Part shown: positions 9,292 through 18,828 of the stretch, in pieces
Layout: each line of letters begins with the position of its first letter
Position numbering within the stretch: position 1 is the first letter of the stretch
From: Terriglobales bacterium
GTDB lineage: Bacteria; Acidobacteriota; Terriglobia; Terriglobales; Acidobacteriaceae
Reading direction: 5' to 3'
DNA: 64,000 nt
NCBI GenBank assembly: GCA_963792225.1
Contig: CAWBVM010000011.1
Span: 37,406 to 101,405 of the forward strand
Notes under the pieces: model-generated
The model's database searches: none
The model's input: only the letters and a program-made list of their open reading frames with translations
Told to the model about the DNA's origin: nothing
Translations under genes and position numbers: made by a program

Positions 9292-9401
9292 TGTGGAAAG
9301 TTTCGCTTTTCCACAATTGGAGGGGATTTTCGGGGTAAGTGCGGGGTTTTGCACAGGCGTGGGAAGATATCCACAGGGTGGCGATGGGAGGCTGTGGAAA
9401 T
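9292..9401. repeat. Two inverted-repeat pairs with DnaA-box-like cores (TGTGGAAA / TTTCCACA; ATCCACAG / CTGTGGAAA)
   Basis: 9292-9299 tgtggaaa and 9308-9315 tttccaca form a perfect 8-bp inverted repeat with an 8-bp spacer. 9367-9375 atatccaca and 9393-9401 tgtggaaat form the second pair. Matches to TTATCCACA are 7-8 of 9. Function is unknown. Confidence 0.5.
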
Positions 9402-9419
9402 GAGCCTGCGGCTCAAAGG

Positions 9420-9975
9420 AAATGGCAACTCTCCCACCCTTCGCGCAAAGAACGCGCGAAGAATGGGGCACCCTGTGTGGCCCCAGCGCCTAAAGGCGCC
9501 ATGAATGGGATGTGCGAATCCCCCGGCTAAAGCCGGGGTCTACCTGTCGCTGCGCTCCTCGAATGACAATTCATAGAGCGTGGTGATCTCCCGGTCCGGC
9601 GGGCCGCCGGACCGACCCCCGGCTGGCAGCCGGCGCTACGGGTCTGCGCAAAAGGAGTGGGGGATACCCGCACCGATACAGAAATGCAGGTCCCTCCGCC
9701 GCTGCGCTCTGTCGAGATGACAGGAAGCTTGCCCACGGCAGGCAGCTCCGCCGGGGCTGAAGCCCTGGGTCTACCTCGTCCCTTATCTCTTGTCCCTCAA
9801 TACGAGGCAGCTCCGCCGGGGGTGAAGCCACGGGCTGACGCGCGTTCAAGGCAAACACGGGGTTGCTTCGTCGCTACGCTCCTCGCAATGACAATTCATA
9901 AAGCGTGCTTAATGCGAAGCAGCTCCGCCGGGGCTAAAGCCACGGGCTGAAGCGCGCTCAAGGAAACGGTTAGAG
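9420..9975. repeat. Dense mosaic of intergenic repeat modules (REP/MITE-like), opposite orientation to the copies at 0.5 and 1.7 kb
   Basis: 9432-9468 ctcccacccttcgcgcaaagaacgcgcgaagaatgggg (hairpin). 9487-9500 ggcgcctaaaggcgcc. 9521-9576, 9585-9650 and 9805-9898 are reverse complements of modules at 466-614 and 1625-1831. The unit gcagctccgccggggctgaagcc recurs three times (9746, 9808, 9920). Confidence 0.85.
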
Positions 9976-10024
9976 GTTACGCAATAGAGGGACCGACGAG
10001 GCCGGTCCCTTGTTACGAACATCC

Positions 10025-10582
10025 CTAGTGGCTTGCGGGTGGGACGATGCCGTTCATTCGCAGGTAGACAACCATCTGTCCGTAGTGGTCGAAGGAATGA
10101 GCAACCACATCTTCGGCCAGCTGAAGGCGCGTCTTCTGCCGAGTGCTGGGCGCGAGGATCTGCGTGGTCATATTGTGCTCGTCGATGGTGGCTACCGCCT
10201 CGTGCAGGGCTACAAATGAGCCCTTAACGTAGTCCACAATCTGGGTTTTCGATTGAATTGAGGCGGGCCCAGTCTCCGATTCCTGCTCGATGGTGGGCTG
10301 GCGGTTCAGGATATAAGCTGCCATGCGGTAGTTGTTGGCTGCAAGGTGCTTGGCCTGTTGTCCAAAGGTACGCACGCCGGTGAACTCGCCATTGGAAGGG
10401 GCGAATGAGTATTTGTCACCGGGCATGGCGTCCACGGCGCTGACCACTTTTTCCTCTGTGACTGTAATCCAGAAGTCGAGCATCTGGCTGACGGGCAGAT
10501 TGGGGGCGGGTTTTTGTGTTTGTGCGCTCAAGCCAGACGATGCAAGCAGAGCGAAGACGAGGAGGTAATTTAACGCGTTCAT
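10025..10582 (-). CDS. DinB family protein (secreted)
   Basis: ATG at 10582 is preceded by AAGGAG. Has a signal peptide and the C-terminal DinB-type His motif (AHSFDHYGQMVVYLR). Confidence 0.85.
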   Translation of the reverse strand: MNALNYLLVFALLASSGLSAQTQKPAPNLPVSQMLDFWITVTEEKVVSAVDAMPGDKYSFAPSNGEFTGVRTFGQQAKHLAANNYRMAAYILNRQPTIEQESETGPASIQSKTQIVDYVKGSFVALHEAVATIDEHNMTTQILAPSTRQKTRLQLAEDVVAHSFDHYGQMVVYLRMNGIVPPASH

Positions 10583-10666
10583 AAGTGCTCCTTGAGTGAA
10601 TTTGAACGATGAAAGTGGGAGCGCAAAACGGCAACTGCCGATACGACCCACGAATTCAGCTCATTT

Positions 10667-11038
10667 TCAGGCGCAAGGAGGCCCACGATCAGTAGGCGGA
10701 GATCCGATAGAGGAGAGAGCGACGGCTGTGCGGGCAGGAGCTGAAATCCAGCCGATCGGCGCCAATCGCGGCACGGCAGGCGACGCGAAGTCTATCCTGG
10801 CAAGCTGCGAATGGACAAAGCCACGGAGGCCACACTTGTCAGGTATGGATCTTAGAGATGTCTTGCATTCGAATCGGGCAGAAGGTGCGCCGAGATGCGC
10901 TCGGGACGTCCGGGCACAAGACTTGTGCGTGAGACACGTTGAGCTGGATTGCCCGGTCCATCCGATGACGCAGGCCTGAGCCATCGTGGTAAACACAATG
11001 ATCAAGGCCAGCGCGATCAAAGAGGGGCGGCGGCGCAT
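10667..11038 (-). CDS. Hypothetical small secreted Cys-containing protein (weak call)
   Basis: Supported only by a plausible signal peptide (MRRRPSLIALALIIVFTTMAQA) and an open frame. No recognisable domain. Confidence 0.3.
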   Translation of the reverse strand: MRRRPSLIALALIIVFTTMAQACVIGWTGQSSSTCLTHKSCARTSRAHLGAPSARFECKTSLRSIPDKCGLRGFVHSQLARIDFASPAVPRLAPIGWISAPARTAVALSSIGSPPTDRGPPCA

Positions 11039-11140
11039 AGCGTTCCTTTGTCTTAGACGTACTGCCTGCACAAACGTCTCGACTGATTGCAGGGACGCGC
11101 CATTACGCCGTATGGCATTTCGGGCTATAAGGCGGCGGGA

Positions 11141-11923
11141 TCAGAGCTTTGGAGTGCTAAAGCTGTTGCCGACCGTGGTGGGGATGCCGGCGTTGCTGGT
11201 CACAGGCTGCGAGGCACTCACACTCTGACTTCCCGCGATCTGCAGATCGTCCTTAAAGAGACGATTACCGCCATAGGACTGCGCGAGACGCTCTGCTTCC
11301 AACTTCTCTTTTCCGTTGGCGATGGTGCCACCAAGGTGAATCTCGGTGTCGGTCACGCGCACGATCACCCCGCTCGCCGAAGGAATGTTGGGATTGCCAA
11401 GAAGTGACGACTCTATCTTGTGCTGGAGTTCGGAGGTGGAGAGGCGCGAGAGGCTCGGCAGGGCCTCAAGGGGCGGAGGCGCGGGCTTCGAGACGGCAGC
11501 GGGTGTTACCGTTGCGACCTCTACTTCGGGATGCCGAACCGCAGGTTGCGGAATGGCCTTCTTTGCCCTCTTCGTGCGGCGCGCGCCCACTTTTGCAGTG
11601 GTTGCGGCTGGGTTCGCTTCCTCGAATCGAGGCTGCGGTTCGGTGCCCTTCTTGCTTCCAAGCTTGTTCGATGCTGCCGGAGTGGTGTGGACCGGGGAGA
11701 CCTTCACCTCGTCGGGGCGCACAACTTTCACAGCACTCTTCTTGTTGCTCTTGGTCTGGGGCTGATCGATTGTAAACGTCTGCGAAACCGCGCTCACACT
11801 GGCGAAAGCTATGAAGGTGAGAGCGGCAAGATGATACCTGCGCAATGTGTTCTCCAGCCCGAAAGGATAAAGGGTTGCTGTTATTGAGATGCCCGAACCG
11901 GGTGCGCCGGTTGGAATGGACAA
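11141..11923 (-). CDS. BON domain-containing protein with a low-complexity Pro/Ala/Lys-rich linker
   Basis: C-terminal BON-like segment (LQHKIESSLLGNPNIPSASGVIVRVTDTEIHLGGTIANGKEKLEAERLA). N-terminal hydrophobic anchor. Confidence 0.7.
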   Translation of the reverse strand: MSIPTGAPGSGISITATLYPFGLENTLRRYHLAALTFIAFASVSAVSQTFTIDQPQTKSNKKSAVKVVRPDEVKVSPVHTTPAASNKLGSKKGTEPQPRFEEANPAATTAKVGARRTKRAKKAIPQPAVRHPEVEVATVTPAAVSKPAPPPLEALPSLSRLSTSELQHKIESSLLGNPNIPSASGVIVRVTDTEIHLGGTIANGKEKLEAERLAQSYGGNRLFKDDLQIAGSQSVSASQPVTSNAGIPTTVGNSFSTPKL

Positions 11924-11988
11924 GAACAGTTTACAGGGAGGGCACGGATAGTCATTATTTTATGGAGGTTCATCTAAACTGAGAGCAG

Positions 11989-12905
11989 ATGCATTCGCAC
12001 TCTCACGATGCTACGGGCAAGATCCTGCTGTTCTCGCTGGCGGCCACGATGATCTATATCGTGTTGCTGGTGGTGTACGGATTGCGGGCGCATTCGCTGG
12101 CGCTACTCTCGGAGGCGGGACACAACTTCTCTGACTTCCTGGCGCTGCTGCTCTCGTGGGTTGCGGTGTATTTCAATCCCGCCCAGCGACGACGACGAAG
12201 ACCTTCGGATACCAGCGAGCAGGCGTGCTGGTCGCATTTGTAAATGCTTTGACACTGGTAGTTGTCGCCGGATACATCTGCTATGAGGCCCTCATTCGGC
12301 TGGCGCATCCCGGCGATGTTCAAAGCCGGACGATGATGATCGTTGCGGCAGTCGGAGTCCTGCTCAATGGAGCGATCTCGTGGATGCTGTTCCGCAGCGG
12401 GCGCGCGCAAGATGTAAACATCCGGAGCGCGCTGATCCATCAGCTTGGCGATACCCTTTCGACCGCCGCCGTCATCGTTGGCGGTTTTCTGATCTTCTCT
12501 ACGGGAGCAGCCTGGATCGATCCCGCACTCTCGCTCGGGATTGCGGCATTAGTGCTCTGGTCTTCGTGGGACATTATCCGCGAGACACTGAATATTCTGT
12601 TGGAGGGCGCGCCAAAGGGCCTTGATGTGGATGAGGTGATCGCATCGCTAAGCGAGGTTGCGGGAGTCAACTCGGTGCATGATTTGCACATCTGGAGCCT
12701 CGGTTCCCGCACGCATGCTCTGTCTTGCCATATCGCGATCGCAGACATTCCTCCATCGGCGAGCGAGGCGATCTTACGCGAGGTGAAGTACCGGCTATCG
12801 ACGTTTCGCATACGGCATTCGACGATCCAGTTTGAGCACACGGAGTGCGAGGTGGCGCATGGGTGTGTGATCCCGCTCGACCATGTACACGATCACGAGC
12901 ACTAG
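11989..12905 (+). pseudogene. Cation diffusion facilitator (CzcD-like) transporter with a single frameshift near 12170-12178
   Basis: Frame 1 gives ...SEAGHNFSDFLALLLSWVAVYF. The family sequence continues in another frame as QSRPATTTKTFGYQRAGVLVAF...HQLGD...HDLHIWSL. A one-nucleotide indel restores a 305-aa CDF protein. Confidence 0.85.
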
Positions 12906-12922
12906 GAAGCAGAAGTTAGAAG

Positions 12923-13797
12923 CTACCTGCGAACGTAGTGGTCCGGTGCGAACTTTTGCAGAGTGCCGATGTTGCTGAGCTGGCGACGCTGCTGTTCGGT
13001 GATGAGCGAGAGCGACCGGGAGCGGTCAGTGCGCAGAGAGGGCACGGCGGCAAGAAGTCCACGGGTGTAGGGGTGTTGCGGATTACGGAGCAGGTCACGG
13101 GTGGGCGCGAGTTCGACGATGCTGCCGCGGAACATGACGGCAACACGGTCCGCGACTCGAGAGACGACGCCCAGATCGTGCGAGATGAAGAGCATCGCGA
13201 GTCCGAAGCGTTCGCGCAATAGCGCCAGCAGGTCGAGGATCTGGGATTGTACGGTGACGTCAAGGGCGGTTGTCGGTTCGTCGGCGATCAACAGCCTGGG
13301 TTGGTTAACGATGGCCATGGCGATCATGACTCGCTGGCGTTGTCCACCGGAGAGTTGGTGGGGGTAGTCGCGGGCGCGGCGATCGGGGATGGAGACTTCG
13401 CGCAGGGCGCGCAGAGTGCGCTCCCACGCTTCACGCTTCGACAGCCGGGCACCATGCGTGAGGACCGCTTCCGATATCTGGTCGCCGATGCGCATCACCG
13501 GATTGAGAGCGGTCATCGGCTCTTGAAAGATCATGGCGATCTCACTGCCGCGAAGCTGACGGACCTGGTCCGGAGCTAGAGTGAGCAGATCGCGATCACG
13601 ATAGAAGATGCTTCCGGCGATGCGCGCCTGGGGAGCCAGCAGACGCATGATTGCGAGAGACGTGACGGACTTGCCCGATCCGGATTCCCCACAAGCGCCA
13701 GAGAGTCGCGCTCATCAATGGAGAAACTGACGCCGTTGACGGCGGTGCTGATGCCGAATTGCACGGAGAGATCCTGAACTGCAAGCAGCGCGGACAT
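12923..13797 (-). pseudogene. ABC transporter ATP-binding protein (DppD/OppD type) with a single frameshift inside Walker A
   Basis: MSALLAVQDLSVQF...LALVG then GESGSGKS is broken at the C-run 13687-13690 (gtggggaatcc, one g short). Downstream is intact: LSGGQRQRVMIAMA, LIADEPTTALD and an oligopeptide-type C-terminal tail. Confidence 0.85.
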
Positions 13798-13837
13798 GCA
13801 GTGATTATCGCAGGTGAATGCTTGGTATTCTCGAAGC

Positions 13838-15034
13838 ATGTCCGAAGTGCCCAATGTGAAGATCACCCGCCGTGCTGCTGAGCGTCTGCGAGACGGACAC
13901 ATGTGGGTCTACCGGTCGGACCTTGCGATCCCGGACCAAGAATTGCCGCGAGGTGGAGTGGTGCACGTGTTGAGCGAGAAGGGGCGCTTCATCGGCAGCT
14001 CGCTGGCCAGTTCGACGTCGCAGATCGCACTGCGCATGATCACACAGGATGCAATCATTGATGGTGAACAACTGCTGCAGCTTGTCCGCAAGCGGGTCGA
14101 GCGGGCGGTCGAGTACCGCAAGCGCTTCGTCAAAGACTCGGACTCGTACCGTGTCGTATTCTCCGATGCGGACGGCGTACCCGGCCTGGTCGCAGACCGT
14201 TATGACGATGTGCTTGCAATCCAGATGCTCACGCAGGCGATGGACCGTGATGACGTACGCGCGGTCGCAGTGGAAACACTGCGGGCGGAGTTGGGCATCG
14301 GAAATATCGTGGAACGTGTTGATGCCAAGACACGGGAGCGCGAGCAGTTGGAAGCGATCGATTCGCGGCAGATATCCGGCAATAAGAGCAGCACGATCTT
14401 TCATTTGAATGGACTTGCTTTCGCATTCGACGCACTCAGCGGTCAGAAGACGGGAGCATTTCTCGATCAAAGACAGAACTACGCCGCCGCCGAGAAGTAC
14501 GCACACGGCCGCGGGCTCGATGTCTGCACGTATCACGGTGGGTTTGCGCTGCATCTCGCGCGAGCGTGCGACAGCGTCACCGGCGTTGACGTTTCGAGGC
14601 CAGCGCTCGAAGTAGCGGACGCGAACGCGTCGCGTAACAGGCCACAGTTGCGGTGCGAGGCGGAATGGCTGGAGGCGAACGCATTCGACGTGCTGCGTGA
14701 CTGGTCGGACGCGGGGGAGAGATATGACACCATCGTGCTCGATCCGCCGGCGTTCGCTAAGACGAAACGCAAGGCGGGCGAGGCGCTGAAGGGATACAAG
14801 GAGTTGAACCTGCGCGCCCTGAAGATGCTCTCCTCTGGCGGGGTGCTGGTCACGTGCTCCTGCTCGCACCATGTGAGCGAAACGGAATTCCTGGAGATGC
14901 TTTCCTCAGCTGCAAACGATGCGAAACGGCGATTGCGAGTGCTTGAGCGGCGCACACAGGCGATCGACCATCCGGTGCTGCTCGGAATGCCGGAGACGCA
15001 ATATTTGAAGTGCATTGTTGCTGAAGTGGTGTAG
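13838..15034 (+). CDS. rlmI: Class I SAM-dependent rRNA methyltransferase with N-terminal PUA-like domain (RlmI family)
   Basis: GHMWVYRSD, GLVADRYDDVLAIQ, GAFLDQR, LDPPAFAK and VTCSCSHH are characteristic of the RlmI/YccW family. Confidence 0.8.
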   Translation: MSEVPNVKITRRAAERLRDGHMWVYRSDLAIPDQELPRGGVVHVLSEKGRFIGSSLASSTSQIALRMITQDAIIDGEQLLQLVRKRVERAVEYRKRFVKDSDSYRVVFSDADGVPGLVADRYDDVLAIQMLTQAMDRDDVRAVAVETLRAELGIGNIVERVDAKTREREQLEAIDSRQISGNKSSTIFHLNGLAFAFDALSGQKTGAFLDQRQNYAAAEKYAHGRGLDVCTYHGGFALHLARACDSVTGVDVSRPALEVADANASRNRPQLRCEAEWLEANAFDVLRDWSDAGERYDTIVLDPPAFAKTKRKAGEALKGYKELNLRALKMLSSGGVLVTCSCSHHVSETEFLEMLSSAANDAKRRLRVLERRTQAIDHPVLLGMPETQYLKCIVAEVV

Positions 15035-15076
15035 AGCAGCGCTGTTATCCGTTCTTCGATTTACAATCTTCGGTTT

Positions 15077-16030
15077 ATGAAGAAGATCGCATTCCTATTT
15101 CCCGGACAAGGTTCGCAGGCTGTCGGCATGGGCAGAGAGTTGGCGGAGCGGTATCCAAGTGCCAAGAAAGTATTTGAAGAGGCCGATGAGGCGTTGGGAT
15201 ATGCGTTGTCGCAGTTGTGTTGGGAGGGTCCGGAAGAGCGGCTCAAGATGACGGAGGTAACGCAGCCGGCGATTCTCACGGCGAGCACAGCAGCGTGCAG
15301 AGTATTGCAAGAGCTCAGTAGCGAGCGTGGAATTGAACCGAGCTTCTGCGCCGGTCATTCGCTGGGAGAATACTCTGCGCACGTAGCTGCGGGTACGATG
15401 CCGTTCGGAGATGCGGTACGGACGGTGCGCAATCGCGGCAAATATATGCAGGAGGCGGTACCGGCGGGTGAGGGGGCGATGGCAGCCATCCTGGGACTCA
15501 AAGAGCCGGATGTCGAAGCGATATGTGCTGACGTTGCGCAGGAGACTCGTGAGGTGGTTTCGGCGGCGAACATCAACTCTCCGGAACAGATCGTGATATC
15601 GGGTAGCAAGAACGCCGTGGAGAGAGCCATGGCTGCCCTCAAGGAAAAGGGCGCGAAGCGGGCGATTCTGCTGCCGGTCAGCGCTCCTTTCCACTGCGCG
15701 CTCATGCAGCCCGCTCAAGAAAAACTTGCTGCTGATCTTGGCAGGCTCGTGTTCCAAGATCCGCGTATGCCGGTGGTGACGAATATCGAGGCTATCCCAA
15801 CCGGCGATGCGGCACATGCGCGCGAGATGCTGATCCAACAGGTGACTGGAGCGGTGAGGTGGGTGCAGGTAGTCCAGCGATTGATTGCAGAGGGCGTCGA
15901 GGCATTCGTAGAGGTGGGTCCGGGGAAGGTATTGTGTGGGCTGCTGCGGCAGATCGACCGGTCGCAGACATGTCTCAATGTGGAAGACGAGGCAAGTCTG
16001 CAGAAGACGTTAGAAGCGTTGAGGGCGTGA
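15077..16030 (+). CDS. fabD: ACP S-malonyltransferase
   Basis: FLFPGQGSQAVGMG, active-site GHSLGEYSA, and VSAPFHCALM. Confidence 0.95.
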   Translation: MKKIAFLFPGQGSQAVGMGRELAERYPSAKKVFEEADEALGYALSQLCWEGPEERLKMTEVTQPAILTASTAACRVLQELSSERGIEPSFCAGHSLGEYSAHVAAGTMPFGDAVRTVRNRGKYMQEAVPAGEGAMAAILGLKEPDVEAICADVAQETREVVSAANINSPEQIVISGSKNAVERAMAALKEKGAKRAILLPVSAPFHCALMQPAQEKLAADLGRLVFQDPRMPVVTNIEAIPTGDAAHAREMLIQQVTGAVRWVQVVQRLIAEGVEAFVEVGPGKVLCGLLRQIDRSQTCLNVEDEASLQKTLEALRA

Positions 16031-16119
16031 TTCACCACGGGACGATGAGGGTCTAAGGTTGCGGCTTGCCTGCGTATTTGTTTCGCTCGATGGCTCGGTG
16101 TCTCTGTGGTGGGGAGAGT

Positions 16120-16586
16120 TTAGAAGGTGTTGACGCGCACGCCTACTGGTGAGAATCCGATCTCTTTCGACTTGCGATTGACGATCAGGGCGATGGGTTC
16201 GGCACGGTCGTTGATGCGTACGGCGACGATCACGGCTGTGCCTTCGGCGGAGGGAGCGGAGCCGAGGATCTTATGGTGTGAGATAGCGCCGTAGTCGCCG
16301 GATGGTCCCCAGTCGAGTTGGAACTGTCCGAAGGCGATAGTTCTTGTATTTGTTCAAGTGCTGCTTCCAGTCGGGGTCGTGGTTCCAGGTTCCGAAAGCT
16401 TCGTCGTAATTTTTATGCTCGATCGCAGTCGAGGAATTTATCGACGGCGTGTTCCTCTGGCCAATTGTGGAATTTCCACCATCCGAAGAGTCCGGCGAGG
16501 ATGAGCACGATGATCGTGACGATCACGACGCGACGACGGCGGTCGGGACGTGGATCGTAAACAGGTGCATTCAACAGCGACGACAT
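16120..16586 (-). pseudogene. Hypothetical N-terminally membrane-anchored protein, two frameshifts (about 16425 and 16335)
   Basis: Hand translation gives three collinear pieces: MSSLLNAPVYDPRP..WKFHNWPEEHAVDKFL, then TAIEHKNYDEAFGTWNHDPDWKQHLNKYKNY, then FGQFQLDWGPSGDYGAISHH...VGVRVNTF*. No known domain. Confidence 0.5.
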
Positions 16587-16614
16587 AGCGGGATGATTGT
16601 ATCGCGGTGAATAC

Positions 16615-17730
16615 CTACAGTGTGCGTTTGAAGAGAAGCGTGGTGCCCGAGGAGGGTGATCGCGCAGAAGACTCCGAGGAAGAGAAAGTCGCCGTAGACG
16701 GCAGAGATACCTGCGTCCTTCAACAGCAGTTGCTTGAAGCCGTGGACGGCGTAGGTGAAGGGGTCCATATAGGCGATCACGCGCAGCCATTTGGGAAACG
16801 CCTGCACCGGATAAATCGCGCCCGATGGAAAATACATGAGGGTGTTCAATATCCCGAAGATGGCGCGCGGCACCAGAGGGTCTTCGACACGGGCCATGAT
16901 GAACGACATCATGCTGATGAAGGCGAACGAGGTAATTCCAATCAGCAGGAAGAGCCAGAAGAAGCGGACGGGGGAGAAGGCACTACCCACTCCGGCAAGG
17001 AATGAGCCGACAAAAGTGAGTACGATGCCTGCCCCCATCGCTTTCAGCGCGCCGGCTGTGTTGAGGCCCAGGACGAGTTCGAGCTTGGTAATAGGCGTGA
17101 CCAGAAATCCTTCGTGGATGCCACGCGCCTTGTCGTCGATATAGACGATGCCTCCTCCGATCATTACTGAGACGAAGATCGCGAGCGTCGATCGCCCCCG
17201 GCAAAAGGTACTTGATGTATTCGATATACGGGTACAGTTCGACCGTTTGCGAAAATGACCTGATGTTCAAGACGCGGCGTCACTGCGGGCTTATTAAAGG
17301 CGGCGACCATGCTCGACAAGTTTTCTTCGAGCGCCGCGGAGACGAAGCTGTCGGTGTTGTCCACGACAAGGCCGATCTGGGGGCGCGTCTGCTCGTAGTA
17401 CTTGCGTGAGAATTCAGCAGGGACGACAACCACTCCGTTGATCTTGCCGTTCTTGAGGTCATGCACTGCATCCCGGTCGTTCGCGTACTCTTCAACGGTA
17501 TAGGTGCGCGCATTGTTCCTGACCGCTAGCAATGCCTCACGAATGCGCACGGATTGCGGGCCGTGATCGTAGTCCACAAGCGCAACCCTTGCGTTGTGGA
17601 TCTTGCCTCCGAAGGCGTTGCCGAGAACGACGAGTTGCACCAGCGGAAAAATCATTGCGGTGAGCATGAGCGCGGGGGAGCGGAAGAACTTGCGGAGTTC
17701 GCGTTCGATGATGGCCAAGGAGCGATGCAT
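16615..17730 (-). pseudogene. ABC-2 type transporter permease, three frameshifts
   Basis: MHRSLAIIERELRKFFRSP...NKPAVTPRL, then NIRSFSQTVELYPYIEYIKYLLPGAI, then TLAIFVSVMIGGGIVYIDDKARGIHEGFLVTP...FCAITLLG, then TTLLFKRTL*. Shifts are near 17258, 17188 and the ggg at about 16640. Confidence 0.85.
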
Positions 17731-17819
17731 GGGCTGAAGCCTCACTTTCCAAATTGTCGATTTGTGGTTTATTCATCGAAATCGAACAAATCACAAAATC
17801 CACAAGCGGAGATCAGTTT

Positions 17820-18828
17820 TTACGGACGCAGGGCAGGCATATATGCCGGCGCCGATTGCAGACTGTCGCGCAGTGCGCGTCCGGTGTTGTGCACGAAGAC
17901 GTCGTCGAGCGTCGTCGTTTGCACGGTGAGCGACTTGATATCGGCCTTTGCCTGTAGAGCGGCTTCTACGATCTCAGTGGTCGTTTTGCCGCCATTCGCG
18001 GTCATGACGCGAAACATGTTCGCCCCCTCGGGTTGCACGGCTTGTACTCCATTGAGTTGGGAGAGGCGCTGCTGCCAGGCGTCGCCGCTGCTGAATTGCA
18101 CCTCTATCACGTTCTCCCCAGGTACATTGGCCTTAAGCTGCTTCGGCGTATCGAGGGCGACAAGTTTGCCGTGGTCCACGATGGCGATGCGATCGCACAA
18201 GCGGTCGGCTTCGTCCATGTAGTGGGTGGTGATCAGAATGGTGAGGTTGCGTATTTTCTTGATCTCCGTCAGCATCTCCCACACAGCGGTCCGTGAGACC
18301 GGGTCGAGGCCCGTAGTGGGTTCGTCGAGAAAGAAGATCGCGGGCGAGTGGACCAAGTCCGCGGGCGATTTCGACGCGGCGGCGCATACCTCCCGAGAGG
18401 TTCTTCACATCCGCCTGCACGCCACTTGCGTGAGATCGACAAGTTCGAGCAACTCGCTGATCTGTTTTTCGCGTTTGCCGCTGCGGGACGTTGTAGAGCT
18501 TCGCGTAAGATATGAGGTTCTCTTCGATCGAGAGCTCGAGGTCACTGGTCATCGCCTGCGGGATGACGCCGATGGAGCGTCGCGCTGCATTTGCATCTTT
18601 CGCGACGTCATAGCCATTGATGAGCGCCCTCCCCGCTGTGATCGGAATGAGCGTGGTCATCATACGGATCAGCGTGCTCTTGCCTGCGCCGTTTGGCCCC
18701 AGGAGCCCGAATATCTCTCCACTGCCGACACGGAAGCTGACATCATCGACGGCGGTGAAGTCCCCATAGCGCTTCACGATGTGGTCGACGACGATGGTGC
18801 CGTCGGCTGGCTGTGTCTTTGGAGTCAT
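17820..18828 (-). pseudogene. ABC transporter ATP-binding protein (ABC-2/DrrA-like), three frameshifts
   Basis: Walker A GPNGAGKST. KREKQISELLELVDLTQ is readable only in an alternate frame (compensating pair near 18478 and 18420). [15 protein letters not shown] is then shifted at about 18353 into [18 protein letters not shown]... The start overlaps the HlyD stop (ATGA). Confidence 0.9.

Noticed and set aside
9420-9975. Possible CRISPR array because of closely spaced repeats.
   Set aside because: The repeats are of several different kinds, are irregularly spaced and differ in length. Copies exist elsewhere in inverted orientation, and no cas genes or leader are present.
10596-10979. Plus-strand 127-aa ORF in the DinB/BON spacer.
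   Set aside because: It has no RBS, no motif and a Gly/Arg/Ala-biased composition. It overlaps the somewhat more plausible minus-strand signal-peptide ORF, which I report only at low confidence.
13805-14872. 355-aa ORF antisense to the RlmI-type methyltransferase. Similar long antisense ORFs occur at 15095..15838 (fabD), 28456..29241 (clpB), 35393..36298 (TIM-barrel isomerase), 48807..50066 (ABC-F) and 59564..60778 (gyrB).
   Set aside because: Each lies opposite a gene with unmistakable family motifs. The translations are Arg/Ser/Ala-rich with no domain signatures. Such shadow ORFs are expected in GC-rich DNA.
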